A DNA stretch of 64,000 nucleotides from Antedon mediterranea. Lineage: Eukaryota > Animalia > Echinodermata. The notes under the pieces were generated by a model. That model ran no database searches. It had not been told where the DNA came from and was given only the letters and a program-made list of their open reading frames with translations. Of this stretch, positions 12,801-25,538 are shown piece after piece (positions within the stretch are counted from its first letter, which is position 1; every line of letters begins with the position of its first letter). The stretch covers positions 2,200,201 to 2,264,200 of the forward strand of contig NC_092679.1 in the NCBI RefSeq assembly GCF_964355755.1, given 5' to 3'. The translations under genes were made by a program, and so were the position numbers.

Positions 12801-15800
12801 GACTTGGTATCGTCGGCATGATTTTGCAACATGTACGCTTGTAGGTCATTCATTAGATTTGCAACCTCCTCTCTTGTGTTGTTGAACACACCTCCAGTGT
12901 CAGGTACACCAGTTGTAAGATGCATCTCATTGTAGTCAGCTCTTGAATAATTTCTGCATTCAATAAAAATTTATCAAAATTTTACAAAACATAATAACGA
13001 AAGCACTTCAGAAACTGAGTGAAGTACTTCTCAACATATATCAGGGAAAACTATATTCGGAGAGAGAGGTCCAACTACTTGATATTTTGGTTCATGTTAA
13101 AAGAATACAGAGGGCATGCTATTTAATATATCGTATGAAAGATACAGGCAAGACAGATTTTATTATAATAAACTTTTGTGACATGAATAATATATCAATT
13201 TTCTTGTTGTGTTCTGTAAGTATTAACACCCAACAATTCAGGACAATAACTTAAAAATTGTGGACGCCATCGTGCTAGAAACAAACGAAGCAAGTACATA
13301 AGTCTAGAAAACGTTACTTTTGTCTATGGCACACATAGTTTTAAGAACAGAATTCATGACAGTTACAATAGTCTGATCTGATTCAAACCATAGTTACCAT
13401 ACTTTCCCAATCCAACCTACACCAGCATTGGTGCAAATTGGTATTTTAGGATATTGTAGGTTGGTTTTGTGGAAGTTGCTTATATTGTTATTTTTCTGGT
13501 GAAATTGTTTCTCTTTTTGTTTTTTGTATGATTTGTATATGGATAAAGTAACAAATGAATGAAATATTAAACTTACACGTCAGCCAATGGTTCCTTGTTC
13601 CATCGAGGCAGAATGAACGCCATTCCAACAATGGTGTTCAGAATGATTGTCAACGACTGCAACAACTCATCTCTGAAATAAATAAGGTACCTATTTATAC
13701 TCATGGGTAAAAATAAATAATACCTAGGGACTGTTAAAAAATGACTACCCTATATCACAATGGTATAATCCGATGCTTGTCTATAATTTAATTTAAGCTA
13801 AATTTGGATAAAATATTCCCCAAATTTCATACCCATGTTTCCTGGGATTATACTCAGTAATATATAATATTATGTTTATTCTCTTTCAATTGAACAATCC
13901 AATACACATAATGGTCAATCAGTAATGCCGAATCACTTGCCACAGTCAAACAACTCCTAAAATCCCACATTTTATTTTGCACTTTCATCATTAATCAATT
14001 TTTGCTATTTTTTTTCTGTTGATTGTTCAGTGACTATTTTTTTTGTGCGCTATATAAATTGAACTTTATTATTATTATTTATGTATATTAACATAATTTA
14101 CCTGTTAAGAGGCTGTCCTTGAACAAAACCTTTAATCCTTTCAATTTCTGGATGAAAGAAAATGTCAAAAAATTCTTTGGCCGCCTCTACGCCTTTTGGT
14201 GTTGGAATATGCCACTGAATGTTGAGGGATTCGACATCACCAGTTGTACCCCAATGCTATAGAAATAAGCAAATTAATACTAATAATGTGTTGAAAGTTG
14301 AGAAATAATATAAAAGGTATCCACAGACACATATCTGTAATCTCATTGTAATTTTTTTTCTATTTTGTAAATGGTGGACTCTGCTTAAAATCTATTTCTA
14401 GATTTATTTTGACAACCATCCACATTTATATATATTTAATGATTTATCAAGAAAATGTATGTATTATTTGTGGAAAATCAATAAACAACAACAAAAATTA
14501 TCTTCTGTATGTGTTCACAGTCACGCTCTCTACTTACCCTAAATGGGAGATACTCTGATATAGGTCTACTTAGGCCTTCAGCAATGCTGCAATACTCTAG
14601 TGGGTAGATGATTGTCATAGCCTTAAGAAAGTACTTAAGTACAGTACTACTTACCCTAAATGGGAGATACTCTGATATAGGTCTACTTAGGCCTTCAGCA
14701 ATGCTGCAATACTCTAGTGGGTAGATGATTGTCATAGCCTTAAGAAAGTACTTAAGTACAGTACTACTTACCCTGATTGGGAGATACTCTGATATAGGTC
14801 TACTTAGGCCTTCAGCAATGCTGCAATACTCTAGTGGGTAGATGATTGTCATAGCCTTAAGAAAGTACTTAAGTACAGTACTACTTACCCTGATTGGGAG
14901 ATACTCTGATATAGGTCTACTTAGGCATTCAGCAATGCTGCAATACTCTAGTGGGTAGATGATTGTCATACCCTTAAGAAAGTACTTGAGTACAGTACTA
15001 CTTACCCTGATTGGGAGATACTCTGATATAGGTCTACTTAGGCCTTCAGCAATGCTGCAATACTCTAGTGGGTAGATGATTGTCATAGCCTTAAGAAAGT
15101 ACTTAAGTACAGTACTACTTACCCTGATTGGGAGATACTCTGATATAGGTCTACTTAGGCCTTCAGCAATGCTGCAATACTCTAGTGGGTAGATGATTGT
15201 CATAGCCTTAAGAAAGTACTTAAGTACAGTACTACTTACCCTGATTGGGAGATACTCTGATATAGGTCTACTTAGGCCTTCAGCATTGCTGCAGTACTCT
15301 AGTGGGTAGATGATTGTCATAGCCTTAAGAAAGTACTTGAGTACAGTACTACTTACCCTGATTGGGAGATACTCTGATATAGGTCTACTTAGGCCTTCAG
15401 CATTGCTGCAGTACTCTAGTGGGTAGATGATTGTCATAGCCTTAAGAAAGTACTTGAGTACAGTACTACTTACCCTGATTGGGAGATACTCTGATATAGG
15501 TCTACTTAGGCCTTCAGCATTGCTGCAATACTCTAGAGGGTAGATGATTGTCATAGCCTTAAGAAAGTACTTAAGTACAGTACTAGCTAACTGGTAACCC
15601 TGTTTACATCTTAAATGTAACGTGGCGCGTAGAACCTTTAAGATTGTACTCTTGTAGGTTAACAGCACTGCACTATCACAGCGAACAATCTAAAATATAG
15701 AAACATTTCAATAAAAAAATAATATTTTTGTAGAATTTCTTTAATATTGATGATAATGGTACTGGTACTAGTTCAAATAACCGTCTCACAGAGACATCTG

Positions 15801-18800
15801 GTAGCCATTGACTTGAAGTTGGCATTTGGATGTGTGATTAAGATGAAAAGAGATGGAGATAATGATTATTATAGTGACAATGATGATTAAGATTATAATA
15901 CTAATGATGATAATGATGATAATGATGATGATGAAGATGATGATGATGATGAAGATAATGATGATAGTGATAATGATAATAATGATGATGATGATAATGA
16001 TGATGATGATACTAGTGATGATGAAGATGATGATGATGAAGATAATGATGATAGTGATGATGATGATGATAATGATAATGATGATAATTTTGATGATGAT
16101 ACTAGTGATGATGAAGATGATGAAGATACTGATGATGATGATGTTGATGATACTGATGATAATGATGACGATGACAACGATGATGATACTGATGATAATT
16201 AAGATGATGACAATGATGATAATGATACTGATGATTATGATAATATAACGATACATCATACTATGGTAATAGGCATTAGGGCAATATAAAGCTTAATGAT
16301 AAATATAAAAAGAACAACTAAGAATGAAGCCAAGTACCTCTGACAACACTTGAAGGTTAAATAGAAGTTCATTGTCAAGCTCCACTTCATTCTGTACCTC
16401 TTCTGATGACGTCAGTGACAACACAATACGGCTACAGTGAGGGATGAACTTGCTCAGTGCTTTTGTTGGGTTTACCTTAAAAAAAATTATAAAAATAGTA
16501 CTACCACAACACTTCCTGGAAAACACATTTTACAGCAGCCTTATTTTTTAAATTAGGTCAGTAATTTTATAAACCTAAACTAGAAAGAAATCAAAGAAAT
16601 ATCAAATGAAGAGCAGGATGGAAATTATATATTGCCAAAATTTTAGAGGGTCTTCAAATAGTGACCTTTCTTAGAAATGGTGACCTCTCTTAGTACTAAC
16701 CTTCACAGTAGATCTACACAAACTTGCCAACATTTTGCCCGCTACTTTGGTTTCAAACACTCGGGATGACATGTAGCGAAACAGCTTGTCCAACGCAACC
16801 TGTAAAATAGTGAAAAATATGAGAAGGCCAAGGGAAAAATAGATGATTGAAATGCTTAGAGTCAAGCCACTAAAGCTCTGTCTACACTATCAAACTTTAA
16901 TTACCTGATAGATTTGAGGAGAACACTGGTTGAGCATGGTACTGAAGGTGGATGCCAGCCCTACCTCGACAAGGTTCTCCTGCCGGTTCACCTTGGCTTG
17001 AGTAGAGTCTTGTGATGTGGTGTGTTCAAATGTGCTGTTCTCTATCAGTATGAAACATCTGCAAAAAATGTATTATAATCATGAGGATGATGTAATGATT
17101 TTGTGTCCTTCCAATCAAAACTTGTCTGTAGTTAAGAATTTTCAAGACTGCGTTTAGAAACATATGTTTATTTCTTATTACATTTCATAACCAACTAAAT
17201 TTGTTATTTATTTTTATTTTATTGATTTGGATTATGATAGCAGAAAACACACTATAGCCTGAAAGACGTCCGTCAATATCTTCTAGGCTGTGTGTACTAG
17301 TACACCAGTGAAACCCTACCTGTCTCAAAAGATGTACTAGTTTCTTTAAAGTGCCAGATGTGTATGGAAATACATTTTAATAAATACCTTTCCATAAAGA
17401 GCGTGATGAAGTCTTCAAATGCTGCTGTCGCTGAGCAAAGTTCACGTTCCTGCTCCGTCAGATCCGTCCAGTGCAAGTGAGCTTGTGAACAGTCAACTAA
17501 GGGTACCAGGGCTACGAACGTTGAGATGGCTTGAAATGTTATCTAATGGCAGATAGAAAGGCTGGTTAAACATAATAACTATGGTGGGCTACTGGGGACA
17601 AAATCTAAGTGGCTTGGTCAAGATAATTCACAAGTTCACTGTATATTGTAATAGCATCTCTATGTGAATTAACATATATAAAAATACACAATAAAGATAA
17701 ACTTAAGAATCTATATTATTTTGAGAAGATATTTGGTCTTATTGCACTTACCATACACTTGATAAAATCATTAGGATCAATGCCAGGCAAGACCGCCATC
17801 ATCAGTGGCAATACATGAGTGGGGCCCTCAGGAAACCGCTTGCGGCCCTTCAACATGGATCGTGCAACTGATACCACACAGCTCAGGGTTGCAGTCAGTT
17901 GATGTGGCTCAGTGAGCGTTTCCAACGCTGCATACGTCCTGAAATGATGTCATAATTATGAGAGAATTGTTGGGTCTGATTTGATTTTCCTAAAAAGGGT
18001 ATAAAAATCTAAGTTCCCTAAATAAATTTAAACCACACCAAATACAATATAATCTAATATTACAGTATAAATAAATTTTGTTTGCATTCTTAGTAAAGTA
18101 TTTACTTTTCAAGGAGTTGTGGTATAACAAGCTCAGGTCTAACAAGTGACAGGCACTGTAGGCCCACAGCAGCATCAAGGTGTCCCATTTTACTGAAGAT
18201 AGCCAGGAAAATAACAGGTTTGAAAGCCTCTACAAACATCGTAATATCACTCTCAGTCAGCCTGTAGTCTTCTGGGATACGATTTTGCCAAGATTCAGGT
18301 GCATATCGCTCTCTGTATAAATAAATAGTGAAAAAATTAAAATGAGTAAATGGTCTCCTGATAAATACCCTCAATAAAATTCCTCTTAATAAAAAACTTG
18401 TTTTCTCTCATAATCTCATAAAGTGGTATCTATAGTACATGATAGTACTGACTCTCACTTAAGAAGCCCTGGGGTATTAAGTTTTCCAAAAAATAAGAGA
18501 TTTTTTCATACAAAATTTATCCATTACATTTTGAACAACAATTCACCCAATTTCACATCAAAGGATTTATATTATATCATTTAAAAAAATACTTGATTTA
18601 CCTGTGTAGACGATTTATAAATGCTTGAGGGATTTTGTGGAGTACCCGCTGTAACTTGAACTGACAAAATAAATATTAAAAACATATAATTAAAACAACA
18701 ACGGCAATATGATGTCAGCGGATTTATGACTAAATACCGTTTGATTTTACGATCATTCGGGAAATTACCTCATGATGCTATTCCAGTGTGTAAACATATG

Positions 18801-21800
18801 TAGGAAGTACTGTACCCATTCTCACTATTTATTTTGGTTAATTTTCAAACGTAGTTAATAAGATAGTTGAACTTACCGTAAATTTTCCCGCATTTGATGG
18901 GTGAAAGAACGATTCAACGGCTTTGAAGAACGTCTTTAGATGGGTTAATGCTTCTTGATCTTTTCCCTGTATAAAAGATACAACAGAATTTAAACTTAAC
19001 AAATAATCAATTCATCATAGACACATGTTTACTACCGATGAACAATATAGACTAAAGCTCTGTCTACACTATCAAACTAGTTGGACAAAAAAAGTGTGAT
19101 GTGCCCAAATATGGTAATGATATGCTTAAATATGGTAGTGATATGACATCACCATGTCCATATACGGGCACATCACATTTTTTTTTTCACATAAACTTTG
19201 ATAGTGTAGACAAAACTTAACAGGGCTGATAAAAAAACATTAGAATTCTTCAATTTGATAAAATGACAAATATAAAAATAAACCAACCATCATTGCGGCG
19301 ATGAGTGTTGCCATGACACCATTTGCGTAACCTTTTGTGCGACGTGCGACTTGTAACTTCTTTGAACCCACAGGCAGGTTGAAACCTCTTAAGTAACACG
19401 TCAAAAACTAGTGAAGAAATAAAAAAAAGTGAACGTATGTCAATTTGTCTGAAACTGGTTTATAGATGACATTTTGAATAGTACTATGAACCTAGGACAC
19501 CTAGATACTAACTTTCTCAATGTAAGGTTTCCAGTCAATATACCCAATGTTATCTTCAGCAACTCTTGCAAATAATTCTAACAATGTCTGAAAAATAAGC
19601 AAAATATGTTATTCTGACACTCTACCAGTATGATTTTTTTTATTCACATGTTGTACTTTTTGTTATAATGTCACTACTGTAAAATACTTACCCCTTCCCA
19701 TTGTGGTGAATTATGATAACTATCCCAAATTTGTAAAAACTCATCTATCCAAAGTCTGCAAAAAAATAAACAATTATTAGATGAAAATCAATTGAAGCTT
19801 AGCAACTGGAAATTCTCCCCAGCAAATTCTGATAATGGGAATACTCACTTAAAGCCCATGTGATGTTTCTCTGGTGGTAACGTCGTTGGTAAGAACGACA
19901 CAAAGTAAGTTATCGCAACCTCCATTGTGTAATCAAACGGACACATAAGAGGGCGCCATTCATCCAGCATCTCCTGCGTTGATTCATCAGAAAAATACCT
20001 ACAAAAAATATTAAATTGTTAAATTTGGTTAGTCTCATTACAACATTAGGCAGAATCAAAGCTGTTTTGTAGTCTTATTATGCGCATTTCATTTTTTGGG
20101 TTCATTTTTCTGTTTTATTAACTGTATGCATTATAAGTATAAGCTATGTCTATACTATGAAACTAGTTAGACAAAAAAAGTGTAATGTGCTTAAATATGG
20201 TAGTAATATGCCCAAAATTGGTAGTGATATGCCAAAATATGGTGTCCATATATGGGCATATCATATTTTGTTGTCACATAAAGTTTGATAGTGTAGATAG
20301 AACTTTATATCATTCTTATTTATGAGATTATACCTAAAAGGGCATTGTAAAACTTACACCCTTGCACTTTGTACCAAATTCTTTAAACAGCCTTCAATAG
20401 ATCTGGAAGAACAATACAATACATTTAGTAGGATGTCAATAAAAATAAAGTACAGAGAATCAAACATAACTACAGGTACTGTATATAGTTAATATTTACT
20501 GTAGACTTTACAAAATAGCAGATTTTCTTGTTAAAATTGGTTAACTCAGTGACTATGTTGTAAACTGCCACCAATAAGATCATTGAATGAAATCAGTTCT
20601 GGTATCAGAGGAAAGCAAGTCTGGCTAAGCAACTACCTCGGATGAGGATTTAGACCAATGAAGTCATAATACATATAATCAGTAGCACAGACTGTGGTAC
20701 ATGTATACTCACCCTGGAATCCATTGCATTCCCAACTGTTCATAAGATGAGTAAAGAATACGCTTTACCAACTCGTAAAGTGGTCGCCATGGCAATACTA
20801 GGTCGTCTCTGGATAAAATATTACGTTTCCTATCAAATAGAATACTCATATATTATTAAAGCATACAAGGAATTTGCTAGTTAGTTTGTGAGATCTTAAG
20901 CTCTGTCTACACTATCAAACTAGTTTGACAAAAAAATGTGCCACAATAAAGTAGTGATATGTTTAAATATGGTCGTGATATGACATCATCATGTCCATAC
21001 AGTAAATGGGCACATCACATTTTTTGTCACATAAAGTTTGATAGTGTAAACAGAGCTTAAAGAAATTCATTAAATATAAACAGTAAAGTAATTAGAAGTT
21101 TACTACAGTCGGATAGTATAAAATTTAAGTAGTTTGGTTTAATATTCATAAACAATAATTTAATTTACATACTTGAGAAGAACATTTAGAGTCTTTGAAA
21201 AACTCTCAACAAGTTTAAACTCCAGATCAGGAATCGTAATGAGTTCATGGTAAAGCTGAATAAATGCTAAATGGTCAGCTTTGCTAAACTTTCGACCATA
21301 CAGATTGATGTACCTGAAAAACAGACAATCATTTTTATTTTATTTCAACAATATTTTGAGGGTCGGGTGGATGAGTGGGAAACACAGGAATAAACCATTC
21401 GTACAGTATCAGTAAATTGAATGTGATCTGCAAATAAAGTTACCTATAAAACAATATTATCCCGAGACCCAAATTTAAAATAATAAAATTTAATAAATAT
21501 TATATTATAATAATAAACAATAACTCTTGTACGAAGGGTTTATGTTTTTATTATTGGGAACAATCGAGGCATAATAAAACTTTATTATCTACGATATCTT
21601 AATGACAAAGGCCAATCTATTTTGGAAATATCACAGTATTCCGTCCTTATCATTGATATGCACCACTAATTTTCTAATCCTAAACCTGAATGTAGATTCT
21701 GGAATACCCTAGAGAGCTTCAAAATTGCTCAGTCATGACCTCATAAATGACCTGTAGTAGCAATGCACCAATAGAAACATTGCTTACATATTTTATTTAC

Positions 21801-22649
21801 TAGTAGAGTAAACAAAATTACTGGCAGATATTTAATTCCTGCAAGTCATAATAATAAATAAAGAATTAAATATCTGTACATTAAAAAATACAAATGATCA
21901 ATCATACTGTATATTGTATGATGCATTTTTACAATATAACTAAAATGTTTTTAAGCTTAATATTAATGAAATTAGGTACATACACTCAGAAACAGATAAT
22001 TTAATGAGTATTCTTTTTATTTAATATTAGTTAGTCGGCATGTCTCTGGAATGAGAAAACGATCATAGGACCAAGCAAGAGATGATACAGTAGGGCCCAG
22101 ATTGCTCATTGGGAGAGATTATTTACAGGATTAGGTTTAGTTTTGTTTATGTTAGATTTAATTAGGAGTTTATATAATAATCCGGCCTAGGCTACTACAG
22201 TATCTCTAAACCGCTAATTAAAAATACAGATTAATAACAATTCATAGCTTGTCTTTCAAATTAATTTTTTAATCAATAAGAGACATCATTCATACTTTTT
22301 TATTTTACTTAAGTTTTAGAATTTAGGTTAGTTAGGCTTCTACCAGATGGTCTAGTCCTTTTGCTAGTACTACTCTAGTAGTAGGCACTGCTGCAGTGCT
22401 AGTTAAGCCTATATAAAGCAAAATTCACAAATTAATCTAGGCTATCTATTCTTACGTATGTAGCCTTGCTGTCCAGTACGCTACGCCCGGTCGAAGCTCT
22501 TTCAACTGAACCGATCTGGCCAAATTAGCCTTTATGTCCGCAATCTGGCTGTTGGATTCTTCATCCACTGACTCAGAATACGGTAAAACTTTGTTGTAAA
22601 TAATTTCTTTTTGTGGTGAAAATCCTAGTTTGTCACTTCTAGACGACAT
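3791..22649 (-). CDS. PSME4: Proteasome activator complex subunit 4 (PA200/Blm10), ~39 coding exons
   Basis: N-terminus [24 protein letters not shown]... and C-terminus [20 protein letters not shown] match PA200, including the YYA HbYX motif. Internal exons include [34 protein letters not shown] and [16 protein letters not shown] exons e.g. 22456-22649, 21173-21313, 17752-17937, 15474-15689, 14102-14197, 6869-7197, 4024-4169, 3791-3925. Confidence 0.97.
5590..5770 (-). mobile_element. Degraded reverse-oriented copy of the tRNA-derived SINE
   Basis: Reverse-complement similarity to 48445-48600 (ggttccactgtcttaa, gagcgagtgagcctcga, ctggacctatggtttatagtc). Confidence 0.7.
14530..15585 (-). repeat. 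9 x 117-bp tandem array of PSME4 exon 3' end plus 5' splice site
   Basis: The unit encodes [23 protein letters not shown](N/I)[13 protein letters not shown](I/F)R. AGG|GTAAGT donors occur at 15474, 15357, 15240, 15123, 15006, 14889, 14772, 14655 and 14538. Confidence 0.97.
15856..16250. repeat. Degenerate (ATG/GAT)n trinucleotide microsatellite in a PSME4 intron
   Basis: About 400 bp of gat/aat/gaa triplets. It produces the spurious poly-I, poly-M and poly-S ORFs. Confidence 0.95.
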
Positions 22650-23126
22650 TTTGCTCAACTTTCCGGTGTATTTTATAATAATCTTATGTTTAATAAATCA
22701 TATTTTCCCCTATTTTCTATACAAAAATCACATCGTTTTCTAGGCCTCTCTCGATCCTTGCTGCTGCTGTGATAGTGGATAGTGTGACTCGTCAAAAGGA
22801 ATCATTTTTAGACAGGTCCATTTAAAAGTCAAGAGTAAATATCAATATTTGTTTTAAACTATTTATACTAATATATAAACTTTGTTGCAAATACAATTAC
22901 AATAATAAAAGAACAATTTAATTGATATATTCAAATTAATTTAAAGCGATATCTCAAGGTGATTTAAAAAAAGAAAAACATTTACCGCTAGATACACATT
23001 TCCCCATTTGAAAAAAATAAGATTACCCATGTCAAGGGCTAAAGGTCGAAAATGTTTACTAAATTTTATTTTCGGTCGCTTAATTCGCGAATGTTTGTCA
23101 ACAACATTGACATTTTGGGACTTCGA
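22650..23126. promoter_or_regulatory. Putative bidirectional promoter and 5'UTRs of PSME4 and acylphosphatase
   Basis: 477 bp separate the divergent start codons. An ETS-like ACCGGAA motif lies on the minus strand at ~22661. Confidence 0.7.
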
Positions 23127-24768
23127 ATGGCATCTTCTGATCAAAAAGCATATGTATCTGTAAATTTTGAAATTCATGGTAAAGTTCAGGGTGTATTTTT
23201 TCGAAAGGTAACTTTAGTCTTGCAAGAAAATTGACAGTTGCAACTAGCTAGCCATCAAACAACCTAGAGACCACCTAGGCAGGGCCTAGGCCTAGTGTAA
23301 TAGTATAGTGTGTGTATTGGGGTGGTGCAGGTGCAAGTCGGCCCCAAACCGTCTCGGCCCCACGTCAACTCGGCCTCAAGTCAACTCGGCCTCACGTCAA
23401 CTTGGCCAAAAACTAATTGGTCAACTCGGCCACAATAAAGTATGGAACGCAAAAAGTGCTTAATATTATTACGATTCTTACTATCCACGTTTTAAAAAAA
23501 ATGAAGAAATAAAAAATATAATATATAAAAAAATGAACTCATTGCCGATATGAATAGAAGAAGTACCCGCGTGTTACAAAAAAACACGTGCAGGTACCGT
23601 ATTTTAGGAAATCGAAGACGGAGGCCTACGTTCCACCATTTGGCCATAGAAAAAATGATCGTACATCGTTTTTGTGCATGATTTGCGTTTTTTAAAAATG
23701 GGAATCCCCCGGTCAGCGAAAACACGTAGCAGTTGTAGATATCGAAAAAGCTGTCAAACGCGCAGGGAGGCTCAGCTACGAAATTTTATTAAACGTAAAT
23801 AATTAAAGGAAAGTTGGTGAGATCATTCCTATTTTTTTTGATAATATATTATTATCTAAATAATAATAAAAAATTCATTAAAAGTCAGAATTATTCATAG
23901 TTAAAAAAAAAGAAGAAATATTATTTTATCAATCCCCTTCATTTGCACTTTTTGCGTTCCATACTTTAACGGGGCCGAGTTGATCGATTATTTTTTGGCC
24001 GAGTTGACGTGAGGCCGAGTTGACTTGAGGCCGAGTTGACTTGAGGCCGAGTTGACTTGAGGCCGACTTGACTTGGGGCCGACTTGACTTTGGCCGAGAC
24101 GGTTTAGGGCCGACTTGGATCGAAACCGTGTATTGTATATAGTGGCAGTGTAACCTTAATAGCCGCTCTCTCTCCCCCTGCTGTCGACATGTCCATCCCT
24201 CTGCTAACCTATCCGTCCGTCCAGCCTAGACATTTATTAATATTTTAAAGAAAGTTGTTTGTTAATAATATATTTTTATTCCTACAGACAAAATGATCAG
24301 ATCTGGTTAGTTTAAATTACTGTAAAATGTAACTTGAAGTTGGAGTAGCCTAGTTTAATGTAGTGGAGTGCCCTATGCTATGGTGATTTTCTTCTCTTAA
24401 TAATATATAGAACACAAGAAGAACAGCGCAAAAACATGGACTTGTTGGTTGGGTGAGGAATACCAGACATGGTACAGTAGAAGGACAAGTACAAGGGTAT
24501 AAAGAACAAGTTAATGAAATGTAGGTTTGTTGTAAAGTTTGTTTAATATTTAATTTATTTAATGTAGGCTCTTAAAATATTAATAATTCTAACAATCATA
24601 TACAGCACATTATTTAATAAATGTATTAAACTATTTGTTTATTTTATTAACAGGAAAATATGGCTGAAAGAAAAGGGCAGCAAGAATTCAGTGATAACAA
24701 AAGCTGATTTTAAAAATGAAAAAGTGATAGATGGAGTGAAGCATGAAGCATTTGTTATAAGAAAATAA
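23127..24768 (+). CDS. ACYP2: Acylphosphatase (ACYP2-like), 3 exons: 23127-23207, 24411-24520, 24654-24768
   Basis: Spliced product [56 protein letters not shown]...FVIRK*. It has the GxVQGVxFR phosphate loop and the catalytic GWVRN motif. The exons are in frame with GT-AG junctions. Confidence 0.93.
23320..24127. mobile_element. Foldback-type DNA element with long TIRs made of 15-bp subrepeats, in ACYP intron 1
   Basis: Left arm has (gtcaactcggcctca)n, right arm has (tgaggccgagttgac)n, with a shared inner segment aaagtatggaacgcaaaaagtgc in inverted orientation. 8-bp TSD GTGTATTG at 23312-23319 and 24128-24135. Confidence 0.85.
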
Positions 24769-25538
24769 GTTACCTTGATATAAAGGCTTTCTAGAAACAC
24801 ATCAAAAAGACACAGAACATGTTAATTATACATATTACCAACATTTTATAAAGAAACAGCTATGCCACCTTGAACTTGGAAGTGTAAAAACTAAGAATTG
24901 AAGATTAATTAACAAAATGGAGAGGCCTACAATCCATTCTTATGACAGACAAGCAGATAGGATTAAAGCATGGACCTATAATTTTTTAATTATATTATGT
25001 ATATGAGAATTATATATTATTTAAAATGTTCGGGTGGCTTCCATGCTTGCGGCTTTTGGCCTTAATGGAAGTCTCCCTGGTCCTTTTGTATATTTTTTGC
25101 TTTGTATTTTTTTTTTTTTTCTTTTGGATCAAATAAACTGATTTGTGACTTGTGTGACTATACATTAATTTATAGTTCCATGGTTAAACTGTATTACACA
25201 AAGATTTCAGAGTGGGTTTCTTGAATCTAAAGCTACAGTATACTGTATATATTGTATATAAGATGTAATGTTTGTATCAATGCTGTGTATAATAAAAGTA
25301 TGCTCCCACAGTAATGAAATATGTGTATGCATCATAATTCAAAATTCTCGCCGTTTAAAACATTTTCCATTCAAACAACATAAACGTCACCAAATTGTTT
25401 AAAAATGAATCAGGATTTAAGTAATTTTCACATGGAGGCTGGGAAAAATCCAGGGCTACTTAGGTTTTCTGGACGGCATGTAATTAAAAGTTATTAAAAG
25501 TATTTACTTTTTGTATAAAGTATTTTTCTACACCTGTC

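Noticed and set aside
14530-15585. CRISPR-like array (also considered for 3283-3841 and 31107-31444)
   Set aside because: Units are head-to-tail with no unique spacers, there are no cas genes, and the context is eukaryotic.
14478-15668. 396-aa ORF as a standalone repeat-protein gene
   Set aside because: It is a PSME4 exon read through the duplicated donors, and it lacks its own ATG (it opens on GTG inside the exon).
15786-16259. Poly-Ile, poly-Met and poly-Ser ORFs
   Set aside because: Artefacts of an intronic trinucleotide repeat. PA200 homology is continuous without them.
25030-25080. SECIS element in a 3'UTR hairpin
   Set aside because: Neither flanking gene has an in-frame TGA, and no AUGA/GA quartet is evident.
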